DNA of 64,000 bases, taken from positions 124,001 to 188,000 of the forward strand of contig JBPGPT010000020.1 of the NCBI GenBank assembly GCA_051047955.1, in the 5' to 3' direction. Positions 15,358 through 26,631 of the stretch are shown here, one piece after another. Positions within the stretch are counted from its first letter, which is position 1. Every line of letters begins with the position of its first letter. The position numbers were made by a program, and so were the translations under genes. This DNA is from Cystobasidiomycetes sp. EMM_F5. Its lineage: Eukaryota. Under the pieces are notes generated by a model that saw only the letters and a list, made by a program, of their open reading frames with translations, did no database searches and was not told the DNA's origin.

Positions 15358-15830
15358 ATGACGAGCTCAAATGGTCCACTTGCAGCGCGATCGGATGTCG
15401 CACTTGCAGACTTGCCGCTGTTCCTTGACAATATCACCGCAGTTGACAGCTTCGAAACGAGCACACTTGTCTTAGCTATTGATCCCGAAAGCACGACATT
15501 ACCGTGTTGTGGAGCGATTCTCGGTAGGCCGTTTCCCGCAGACACTTCGTCGCATTGGTATATCGCTGATGATAGAAGCAGGTCCAAACAATCAATCAGT
15601 ACTAGGCTTATGCAGCCGAAGCCACTGGCTGAAGCTACCTCAGTGTAAAGAATACTGGTCCGATATCCATCTCGTATGCGTGCGCAAGTATACCAAACCG
15701 AAAAGTAGGTTGCGTGCACATCTCAGAACCAAAACGTACCACATGTAGTCTGACATTTGAAAAGATTCTGTTCTGGCAACATCTACAGAAGTCAGAAAAG
15801 CCCTGGAGGCATACTTCGATGGCGATGTAG
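15358..15830 (+). CDS. Hypothetical protein, 3' boundary uncertain
   Basis: ATG in caacATG context. A plausible intron at about 15524-15575 joins two open frames. No family recognised. Confidence 0.35.
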
Positions 15831-15990
15831 TGGCACTATACATGTCGCGCACAATCCGGTCGCTTCAACGGCTCACATCGAATATAAACATGGTAAGAAT
15901 TGTGTGTCAATGATTTGGGAGATACTGATATCGGCTACATGATAGCCGACAGAGAGACATGTATTGGCACCACGCAGTAGTTCTGTGACG

Positions 15991-17626
15991 ATGGCAAATC
16001 GCCCCGCGACAACGACTTTACGAAGGGTCAACTCAAGCGCAAGCCTGCTGTCCAAGCCTTCTCGTAAAGACGCGGACACTCCGTCCCTGAGTGCTCAGCG
16101 ACCATTTCCGTCGAACGCAGTATCACAAGCTTCCAATTCTCGCCCTCCTGTCTCTGCCACTGGCTCCCTCTCTGCTCGAGGGACGTTGGCAAATGTTCGT
16201 TCCCCTATCGTCACGCGAAGGAGGTCTGGTGCTCTTGCCAAATATGCCGCAAGTATGGAACCGACAGTCAGCCCCGCAGATCCGCCTTCACTGCCACGAG
16301 CAGCTACAAAGTCTTCTCATGCAGTCGCGCCGCGATCTTCGTTTGCGCCGAGTGTGATACTAATGTCTGGTGCTAGTCGACGAGCTTCCAATATCCCCAT
16401 GCCAACGCCTGTCCGAAAAGTCCTCATGCAAGAGCTTGCAAAAGTTTCACCCGATAGTCCTGGAAGCCCCCTCGACTTGCGATCAAACGTAAGCAGTCCC
16501 TTCTTATTGGCCACGAGCGCCGCGAGGTTGACTTATTTGATTCGTACAGCTCAGTAAGCGAGTGTCCGCGACCGTTAATTCGGATGCGGTCATTGCGCCG
16601 GCACGATCGGTGAGTACATTGCTTAGATCGCATGGACTGGTGAACAATTTCCTCCATTGCAGATTTCTACGCAGACAGAAGATGCCAATTTGGACGGCGA
16701 GCGACTACAAGTCCTGCTGTCGACTTTTGCAGGGCTGGAGAAAGAGTATGCGCGTGCGCAGATGGAAATCTCCGGGCTTCGGGCATTAGTGTCTGATCTC
16801 GAGTTGGAGTCTAAGCGACTCAAGGCGCAAAAGACTGCTCTGCTTGCAGAGGTCGACCAGCACGCGACGGAATTGAAAGCTTCGAGAGCTAGAACCAATG
16901 ATCTGGAGATTGAAAACATCTTGTTGGAGAGGAGGGTGCAATGTCTGACGAAGACTAACGCCGAAACGGCTGCTGAGACAGCCAAGCTAAAGGTGAGCCA
17001 ATAAGGTTTGTAAAGTAGCTGTCGGAGCATACTCATTTGCGTTTGTGTAGAATGATTTTGTACTGCAAGCCGATCACTTCAAGAAAGGCGAGGTGGAAGC
17101 ATCGAGGCTGCGACAGGAGCTGCAGACCCAGATTGAGCGCATACGAGGTGAACAGGCTGATCAGCTCCTCCAACACGATGCCGCCATCATTGGACTACAG
17201 GAGCAGCTCAAAGAAGCTATGCGGCAGACAGAGATAGCACAAGCACCGTCGATGACGTCTGTTAGCATCTCGCCTATCAGAGTGGACTCGGTCGTGGTAC
17301 CCAGCGTTGAAGCGGGCTCGTCATTTGCGCCCCAATCAGCGGATTGCTCTGGTCGGCAAATCGAAATCAGCAGAGCCGTAGAAGCATTTGCATGCATTAC
17401 ACCGAAGCGGAAGGTATCATTGGACCCGCAAACCACGCCTACACCAAAGTCTGTACAAGCCAAGACGGATGCACTTGCCAGTGTGGCTCGAGCTGGTGGG
17501 GCCACACCTGTTTCAGCTGCTAGGGCGGCAATAGGTTCCCGGACTCCTTTGACCAAGTCGGCGAAGAAGTCGAAACATGGTATTCTGTACTGGAAACGTA
17601 TTGCGAAGAGACGCTTGTTTGCGTGA
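15991..17626 (+). CDS. Hypothetical protein: Ser/Pro-rich N-terminus plus central coiled coil
   Basis: Three collinear ORFs (15964-16557, 16657-17004, 17093-17626) joined by GT-AG introns. Heptad-like E/K/L/Q-rich segment. Confidence 0.65.
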
Positions 17627-18274
17627 CGAGGAGAAGGCACCAACAAGAACTTGCCAAAGTTTCGGATCACAACCTTCATATCGTATCGGTGAGTGACGCA
17701 CGGTCGATACTTAGAGTCGGTGCGCCTGGTTGCTGAGGTGAGGTGTGTCCTGACCAGGTTGAACCTGTTACGCGTCCAAGCGAACGCATCTCCTAATTTG
17801 GCAATTTGTACCTGAATGAGGCAGTACCAAACAAGATAACTTACACGGAATGCCAACGCCGTTTGTACCGACGGCGAAATACAAGTATGCCGATAGCGTA
17901 CACTCTTGCTACATATTTCACTTAAGTCTGTCGAAAGAACCCTCAAGCTGGCCAATGTATTCTTGGGCTTCTTGGGTGACCGGGTTTGGAAGCTATTGGA
18001 GCTACAAACGTAAGGACGCATCGCATATCCTGATGATTGCGGTGCAGTATGGCTATCCTCGTCGGTTAGATGGACCCAGCTGGCGCTGACGTGGAAAGCT
18101 TGCACCGCCGCGTCCGGCGCAACCTGATTTGCTGCCGAACAGGGAGAGCCAGCGACGCGACCATACACAATGCTGGAACACACCTTTCTTTCGTATCCTC
18201 AATTTTGATCCGTCTCACTTCTGTTACTTGAGCCCTACATAAAGACAACCTCGAATCCCATTCCCACCTACAAC

Positions 18275-18865
18275 ATGAAGTCCGCAATCATTGCATCCGT
18301 CATCTCTGCCTTCGCCGTTTCAAGCATCGCCGCACTTCCTACCGCTCGTGATGTCGGTCCTTCTGGCGTTCGTAAGTCGGGTCTCTGGTGTTCATGCCTT
18401 TCCTTCATGTCCTGACCATCACAACCGTACCATCATAGTGAATTCTCCTGCCGGCGGCACTCGGATCGAAAGCTCCAAGATTGGCAATGGCGGTATCTGG
18501 ATTGATTACAGCACTGTTGACGAGATTTGCGGCTCGAGCTGTGATCAGACACTCGCTTTGACTCTTAGCATCTCCGCCAGGCTGGTCCAGGGCGATCAGA
18601 CCATCATCGTGAGTGTAACCTGATGCCGTCATATGACTCGAAGTGCCCTACTCATGCATGATGTTTTGAATATCATTAGCTGTCGAACGGTGAAGCTCGC
18701 AATCCGAAAACCGGCAAGATCAACGCTTTCCTCAAAGTGCCCGAGGGCGCTTGCGGCGACTTCAGACTCGTAGTCGACGAGCAGCAGTACTACTACGGCA
18801 ACGTCATCACGTTCCAGTCCGCTGCTCCGGCTATCACAATCGACTGCAATGCTAGCAAGCCATGA
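18275..18865 (+). CDS. Small secreted protein, 150 aa, 4 Cys (not called intact by the ORF track)
   Basis: Exons 18275-18371, 18439-18608 and 18680-18865 splice in frame. Signal peptide MKSAIIASVISAFAVSSIAALP. C-ending codon bias. Confidence 0.85.
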
Positions 18866-19066
18866 CTGTCATCACTTCTACCAGAGCGCAGCGCGCCTGG
18901 ATTGTAGCATAGTTTGCTCTGAGTAGTCCCACTGATCATTGCAGATTGTGCAAAGCGTTCGACGTTTGCCCGAACTTGTGCATTCTTCAGCCAATGTACG
19001 CGACTTTTTGACTGCGACCATGCACGATAAAACAATGAAGCCTCGCCGGCCAATCTGACGAGGGCC

Positions 19067-21488
19067 ATGTCGAAGCACAGCTACGATGCGCAGAATCCGC
19101 GCATGCTGTCGGACGAAGAGCTGTCGAAACTGAGCACTCGGGAGTGCAATGAGCTGTGCACCCAGCTGGACGCCCATATCCTGCGCAAGCTCGAGGGCAT
19201 CGAACGCAGCTACGCAAAGAGTACGCGGACTGTGACGGAGCTCATCATTCCCGCAGTGGAGCAGTATGGTCGGTCAAGCAAGAAGACGTGGGACAGCGTC
19301 AAGGTGCGGAATATCCAGAAGGAAGCAACAAAACGAGATGGCTAACATTTGATACTCGCATTGTATTCGCACAGCTCTGGAAGGCCATCTTTGATACCGC
19401 TGCTGGCCTGCCGCTGTCGGATTTGGCTGGGCTCGCGGACAGCTCTTCTCGCGAAGCTGACGATGCCAACGCAACGCAACGCATAGATCAGCCTGGCCAG
19501 CACAAGCGAATATCAACCAAGTCTCATAAAAATGTGCGTGTTTGTGTTTAATCCCGTTTTATTCATAACCTGGCCTAATCTACTTGACGCGATAGCAACA
19601 AGGCAATTCGGATGATAGTGAATCTGGAGAGGATACAACTGTTTTAGGCATTTGCAATATCCCATCAGGTAACGGACAGACATCGGAGCAATGGCAAGAC
19701 GAGACTTCGCCGTTCGACAAGTTGCAGCGCGATATGCAAAGTGTAGACTTGGCTGGGGCAGCTTCTATGCTGGCTCAACCGACAAGCTTTGCGGAAGTTT
19801 CAGCATCGTCGACTGTACAACTGCCGGCAGTCGTGCGTTCGCAAAAATCAGCCTCGCCCAAGCCTCCTGTCATCAAGGCTGTCAAGCCGCAGACGAGACT
19901 GCGCGATCTCTCATTGGATTCGCCAGATTTCAAGAGACCTTCGCTCGAGACAATGTCGTTCGAGCATCCGCACGCTCGAAAGCAAAGTATCCGTCAGCCG
20001 AACAAATACGAGGAAAATGATGCAGCGGACAAAAAAGGGAAAGGTCGCGAAAGTCATCGAGCTCCTGTCCAATACGATGACTATCGGAATCACGAAGGCA
20101 ATCCTCCTGGGTTCTTCAGAGAAGGTTCGGAAGCTCCAAGCAGTATAGGATTTGCATCTTTCGATTCTTCTTCCATAGAGCATGCAGCCGAAGCACGCCA
20201 TGGATCAGCCCGCAGCGCTTCAGGCCAGGTCTCATTGCGTGCTCAGATGCCCTCATCTTCCAGAAGACAGAGTGGAGGCCAGAGACAGCTTCTGCATAAA
20301 GTGCTCGAGAGGAATACAACGCATAAATATGGTAGACCAAGTGCATCTACGCCCGCCCGACCGCGATACGCTAGCACAACGCGAAAGTCGATAGGCAAAA
20401 TTGACATGCCATCAGATCTTCCGCAGGGATGGAATGGGATTGCAGACTTATCGCAAACACCGCTTTCCTCCTTTGAGTCGCCGCAAAAATCCACAATATC
20501 ACCCAAACATTCCAACTATCTGCGCGCTCACACTGGGAAAGCCGCGCGATCTTCCCCGTCAACGTCTCCGCGAAGAAGTCCTATGCGCAGCTTGCAGTCA
20601 ACGCATACTTATGATCACTCCGTTGGCTTACATTCTGGCATGCAGAGCTTCCAAGCTCCCACTTTCAGCGTATCGAAGAGTCGATTGACCAAGACTCCGG
20701 CCAAGGAAGCGGCGCGTCTGATGACGCATGATGTACTGCAACGAGCAGCGCTCCGTGCCGGAAACGACATGTCGACAGCGTTGCTTGATAGTCCGGTTCT
20801 TGAACCGCCTAGTGTGGTCAAAAATTGGGCAACCCGTGGCTATACTACACATCTTCAGTCGTCAGCTGTGCATCAATCCGCTTCTCATCCTGCAGACTCG
20901 CCGCGAACAACAATCGCGCCGTCACCGAGCGCAATGCTTGCGGATGCGGAAGACGACAGCTTCGAAGCCGAGTTTGATCAGCCACTTGTTCCCCCACCTC
21001 AGCCGAAATTCTCGCATCTTGCAGACTCGGGAGATGAAGTGGGATCCCGTCATCATCAAGACGATACTGCCGGTGACGACGGGTGGGGCGATTCATTTGA
21101 GGATGGCGAAGAGGATGAAGGAGCTTCTATGGATGACCCTGTACCGCCCATAGTCTACGAAAATGGTATCGCCAACGGAGTCGTAGCCAACGGCGACCAG
21201 GACGGTTCATTCGATGAATCACGTTCTTTTGGAGACGAAGAAACCGTCTTTGGAGCACGGAGAGCATCAGCTGTTCCGCACAATAAGGGCGCTCCCGGCG
21301 TGCAAGGATATGGAGCAACGGACGAAGATGGGTTTCTTAGGCCATCGCATGCGATGGCGCCAGAGGACTTCAGAATGAAAGGTTTGGCTGCTGAGGATAT
21401 GGTAACATTACATGGTGGCAAATTGCTAGAATCGCAACCCTTTGAAGCTTCCCCATTAGCAGGCCGGGATGTCAAGTACGGCTTGTAG
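19067..21488 (+). CDS. ASK1: DASH/Dam1 kinetochore complex subunit Ask1
   Basis: QLDAHILRKLEGIERSYAKSTRTVTELIIPAVEQYGRSSKKTWDSVK/LWKAIF fits the DASH_Ask1 N-terminal pattern. Long disordered C-terminus. Confidence 0.8.
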
Positions 21489-21709
21489 CACGATACTTAT
21501 CGTATTTCGATTCTTCTGGCTGCAAAGTAGTCTTGAACAGTAGAGCTTTTTCACATTATCGATGATTCGCGTCGGTCAGAGCTTATATTATCGACACTGG
21601 TCGGAGACTGGAAAGATCTGTCTAAATATTGCTTTTTGCTACATTGGCTCATAAAACGTGCACACGGTATACACTAATGTTACAATTAACATGTGCGGAT
21701 CTCTTGTTA

Positions 21710-22813
21710 TTAGTAGCGGTAAGGGGCGTCAGCTTGACCGCGTTGATGAGTGGGCAGCATCATCGGCTGAGTGGATGCCATGCTGTCTCTGCCGTTAACA
21801 TCGGTGAAAGTTGGGCCCCCGGACACGGAAGGACCGTTGATTTGGCTGACTTCGGCATTGATTTCTTCGATCGTAGGGAACCTCTCGCGTTTACTGAAAA
21901 TGGCGGGCAAGAAATCCAACGCGAAGCTCGCTTGATAGAAAATGTAAATCAAGGACACAATCCATTCGAGGATCGCGGCGGTATTGTAATGCCGTTGTTT
22001 TGACATCACGCCAAAGGCAATGGCCAAAGCTACTTCGATGAATATGAAGGCTGTTCGAAGACATCATCAGCATTCTTTCGCAAAAAGCTTTACGCGTTGT
22101 CACTGACCGAGCTTAGTCCAGAAGGAGTATGCAAGAATACTGTGCTCCCTGAACGCCATCCCCAGTCTCTGATATTCGGCGCAAATGAAGATGGCTGAGA
22201 TGATGTATCCTGCAATAAAGCTATGCGGCATCGCGTCAGACTATGTGCACCAGGATATTCCAGATCAAGAATGACTTACACTACAAGGAATGTGTCGTGA
22301 AGTCGGTTGTGATTGCGACTATCCAAGATAGTAAGGCAGGTCAAGCCGATTGAGCCGACCAGCGCAAAGAGGATGGCGAAAAATGAGAGAATTTTCTGGG
22401 TCCAGTTTGTGTTCTGGACAGGAGTAGACGTATGAGTGCAAAGCTGCGTGCACACACAACCCAACATGCTTACATGGGCGAGACGACCCTTATGACGTAG
22501 CCACCTTTCGGCCAAAAATGTAAGGAAGAACGACCAAGTTGAGACAGCGGAGCCAGCGATGAACAATGGCTTGAGGCCCGAGGCTCCAATGTCTGAAATG
22601 TAGGCGATGCGCTGGCCATCACTCATCTCTGGGTATTTGGGCGAGCCCTGTGCCAGCCACACAACGAGCATGGCAAGAAGGGTCCCGACTGAAAAAAGGG
22701 CTTCGGTAAGCGAAAAGTACATAGGACTTGGAACAAGGGAGCAGCGTACACCATACTAGTGCCGAGAATATCGGCAACATCCAGAAAGAGATACGATACT
22801 TTGATGTTATCAT
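21710..22813 (-). CDS. Frag1/DRAM/Sfk1 family membrane protein
   Basis: IAYISDIGASGLKPLFIAGS, ERWLRHKGRL, LHDTFL and AAILEWIVSLIY. About 6 TM segments. Confidence 0.9.
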
Positions 22814-23392
22814 TTTGGCGAGAAACGAGGAGAATTTCGCGAAGCAGCACCTCAGAAGAGTTTATTGAGAGATATCCTTGTGGATAGTCAGTGTCTTGCT
22901 GTCAAAAGCTGTCTCCTGGTTTCGACGGAGTTTGCGAAATTTTGGATTGGGTAAATTCGGCGGTGGCAAGTGTCACCCAAAGCCTGACCGACAAGCCGTT
23001 GCGATGGTTTGTTGTTGAAGTATGGAAGTCGGAGCAGTAGTCGTACGCCTATAAGGAGGTGAGTTTACGACCAGCACACCCTCGTCAAAGTCTTGAGCTG
23101 CGGCAAGATTACGTCGGCGTTAAATGGGAGATCAGGGTTACGTCAATAAAATGGCGCGTCTCGACTGGGCATGGCTGACGAAAATTGATGCGCGGTTGAG
23201 ACGTAGCGATACGAAGATGAGATAGCAATACTGAATTGTTGACTGCGTGCAAAGTCACAGACAATACCTGTTGCAATGTTCCGGCCGTCACATCGCGGAT
23301 GGCTATGCACCCTGTGACCGCGTGTGAAAGATTGCGAAGCTCTTGATAGACGACACTGTCGCTTTGATGGAGCAGATAATAGCCTCTTCTGC

Positions 23393-24765
23393 TTATATGC
23401 TTGGGAGTCGGGAATGATTGCCGCGCTGAGGTGGACTGCCACTCATTTCTGGCGAACCTTGGTGCGGACGAGGAGGAGAACCTTGCGGGTCCGTTATCGC
23501 GTTTGGCGTATCGGTCATGCCTATTAGACTCCTATTCAGCCATATCCTTCCTGGAAGATCGCTTCGTTTCTCCTACCTGTTGGTTGTGGAGCTGACTGGC
23601 TCGGAGGGAGCGGATCCAGCTGCGGATTACACCAGATTAGCATTTATCGCACGTACCCGGTATTTATGGGCATCGATTTTCTTACCTCATCTACGCGACC
23701 TCCTGTCGGCGACACGGCTGGCAGGGACGGCGATCCGCCTTCCGCCAACGAAGCATCATGTCCATTGATGGGTGAAAGATGCGGCGAGGAGCTAAGGTCG
23801 ACGGAGTGATGTTCTTCACCGCCGTCGCTTACTGCAGAGCTGACTGCTATCCACGGTATTGGCGATAGTAGAGGTGATGCACTTCCGCCTTGCTGGAAGG
23901 CTGCAAAGGGACTGGCGGTAGATGCCCCACTCATACCGATGTTCCCTAACAGCCCGTTGGTAGCCAGTGGTACCAAGGAATACGTATCAGCAACAAAGGC
24001 TGACGTACCCGAGGAGACTTGTAAGGTACGATGTATCGCTCGCAGATATTTAATCGATGTAGCGTAATGAGAAGACGGATGCGCAGCTAGTTCAGCTAGA
24101 CGTTGCACGGTGAAAGGAGCTTCGCTAGAGTACGACGAACTTCAGCACGGCCGTGTGTAAAGACAGTCGGACTAGCTTACGTTTTGAAGCTGTCTAGGCT
24201 GTCCCAGACCTGCTGTTGCAAATCGTCTTTTAGTTGTTGCTGCCCTTGAGTCGGACTCGGTGGCTGCGGTCCAGCGTTCAATGTGATATCACCGTCCGGA
24301 TCCTCGAGCGAGGGCGAGCTAGCCTTGGGTCTTTGCAGGGTAAGGGGCAGCATGGAGACAGTCTAATGGTTGTTTCAGCTTGTCAAATGTGTAAAAATAG
24401 TTGCTGGAAATCTGAGCAGACTTACTTGAGCAATTTGGTACATGAGCATCCCACGAAGCTCTTCCCAGGGAGTTCTGCGTGGTACGGTCATCACGCTTCA
24501 GCTGAGTCGATATGTGTAAACTAGTCATTTACGAGACTAGGGCTGTTTCGCTTATGGATCTGAGCACTTGGCTGTGTTCTAGAGAGGTACTATTCGTTAT
24601 TTACGAATGCCATTTATCAACTCTGTCAGTTTCAACCAACCTGGCTTCCATTCGAAACCTCGTTGACCAGCTGCTCGTTATACATCAGTCAAATTAGCAG
24701 TCAGGCGGAATTCCAGTAGGCGTACGGAGGCTGCCATTTGCTTCAGCTTCAGCAGAGTCCGACAT
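23393..24765 (-). CDS. Protein phosphatase 4 regulatory subunit R2 (PPP4R2/Psy4-like)
   Basis: APFTVQRLAELAAHPSSHYATSIKYLRAIHRTLQVSS and the fungal-type SPLLSPIPW and GRVDELD motifs. Confidence 0.8.
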
Positions 24766-24870
24766 TGCTACGAGCAGTTTGTGAGAGTCAAGGCTGGCAT
24801 ATATGATGTTGCTTCAGAGTCCATTTATCGCGATCATTGCTTTCGCGCAGACCTACTGCGATGCTGCAAC

Positions 24871-26474
24871 ATGGACAACCAGCTGTTCAGTGAAAGTCCG
24901 CTTGGACGATGGCTGCTCGAGAATGGCGGAAGCGTCAATGGAAACCTGCGTTGGAAACGAGGTGCTGCCATGAAATGTATATTCTCGGAAAGGTCATTGC
25001 TGACATGGTTGTAAATCAACAGAAGCAAGCGGACATCGCCTTGAAGCTACAGCTCCGATACATGCATCCGATGAGCTCGTGCGGCTGCCGTACTCCCTCG
25101 CAATCACGCCCAGTCTCGTCCGGACATTCCTCCCAGAAGTCATGACGACTCGGAAAGACTTGAGCAATCATGAAGTCATGTGCTTGTATCTCTGTCTCCA
25201 TGGCGGCGAAGTGCACGAAAGCGTGCCAGAGACAGCTCTCAAGCATACGGAATACATCAACACCCTACCCTCGCCGCAGCAGATGCGAACGGCAATGTGG
25301 TTTACCGAGCAGGAACAGGATCTCCTGATAGGATCCAATCTATATGGCGCAATCCATACTAGACGGCAGGAATGGCAGGCAGAACTCCATAAGATTACTC
25401 ATGCCGACATACTCTCGCCGAAACTGACAGCCAACTTGACCTGGTGAGCCGGTTGTATCGCATTCCGCCCGAAGCCTGTCTCTGAACAATCACCAGAAGG
25501 GAGAAGTACCTATGGGCCTGCTCAATCCTTTCCTCTCGTTCCTTTCCGTCGTATCTACTGGACGGCAAGAGAGAAGATGCAACACAGATCTTGTTGCCAT
25601 GCGTGGATGCTTTCAATCACAAGCGAGCACAGCAGGTGACCTGGCTAAGTGATCATGCGACTTCCCACATGCAACTCATCACCGACGCTGATATTGAAGC
25701 TGGTACTTCACCCTATTCCAACTTGACAACCTGGTATACTGACAGACCGATCTGTAGGCCAAGAAGTGTTCAACAACTACGGCATAAAGCCAAACGATGA
25801 ACTACTTATGGGCTACGGCTTTGTTCTAGAAGACAATCCGGACGACTTCTTATCGCTGCGAATGGGTGCCAAAGGCGTACCAGCGGCCGACAAGCTGCTA
25901 TCAGAATTGGGGTTACCGTTGACGAAAATGCACTATGTTGGTGCGAGTGTAGAGGAACTACCGTCGGAGCTGCTATCACAGATGAGAGTCCTCGTAGCAG
26001 ATGAGGATGAGATGGAGGAGCTGAAAACGAGGCTTCGCGATACAAAATGTGGTACGACCTCTCCGTCAAGTTTGTGGCAGACCGTGCTGCAATTCGTATC
26101 TTGGCCAAACGAACTTGAAATGCTTGCTCAGCTGCATGTGCTGCTGAGGACGAAGCTGCAGTCCCTGGAACAAGCTCTAGAGCGCACCGAAAGAGCAGGA
26201 GCGCCACTCAAGAAACGAAAACTAAATACCGCTGCTTCTCCACCGACGGGAGTAATCAGAGCAGATGTACTGGATAACATTGCAATATACTTGAAAGGTA
26301 GACTTTGCATCTGCTCACCACTTACCAGAGCTAAGTAAGCATACAGGTCAGGTTAAAATTCTGAAGCATTGCATCTCGCTCGCTGGAAGTATGCAACAAG
26401 AAAGTCTTAGGCTGGCCGCTGAGGCTGGCTACGACATTGAGGCTGAGAGTGCGTCCGAGGAGGATAGCGATTGA
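24871..26474 (+). CDS. SET-domain protein lysine methyltransferase (RuBisCO-LSMT class, Efm1/Rkm/Set10-like)
   Basis: YINTLP, LIGSNLY, YLWACSILSSRSFP, LLPCVDAFNH and EVFNNYGIKPNDELLMGYGF. Confidence 0.9.
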
Positions 26475-26631
26475 TGGTCAAAGGTTTGACAGTAGAAATC
26501 GCTATGCGAAGATATTACATGATGCTTATACTATACACAACGTATTGAAGGTATTACGTTTAACTGCTATGAAACACTACAGACTGCGTAGCCACATGCT
26601 TGCCAAGCTGGTGCAAATGGTTGAATGGCTT

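Noticed and set aside
17161..18183. 340-codon minus-strand ORF
   Set aside because: Overlaps the plus-strand coiled-coil gene antisense, has a non-ATG start and no protein-like motifs. Probably a shadow ORF.
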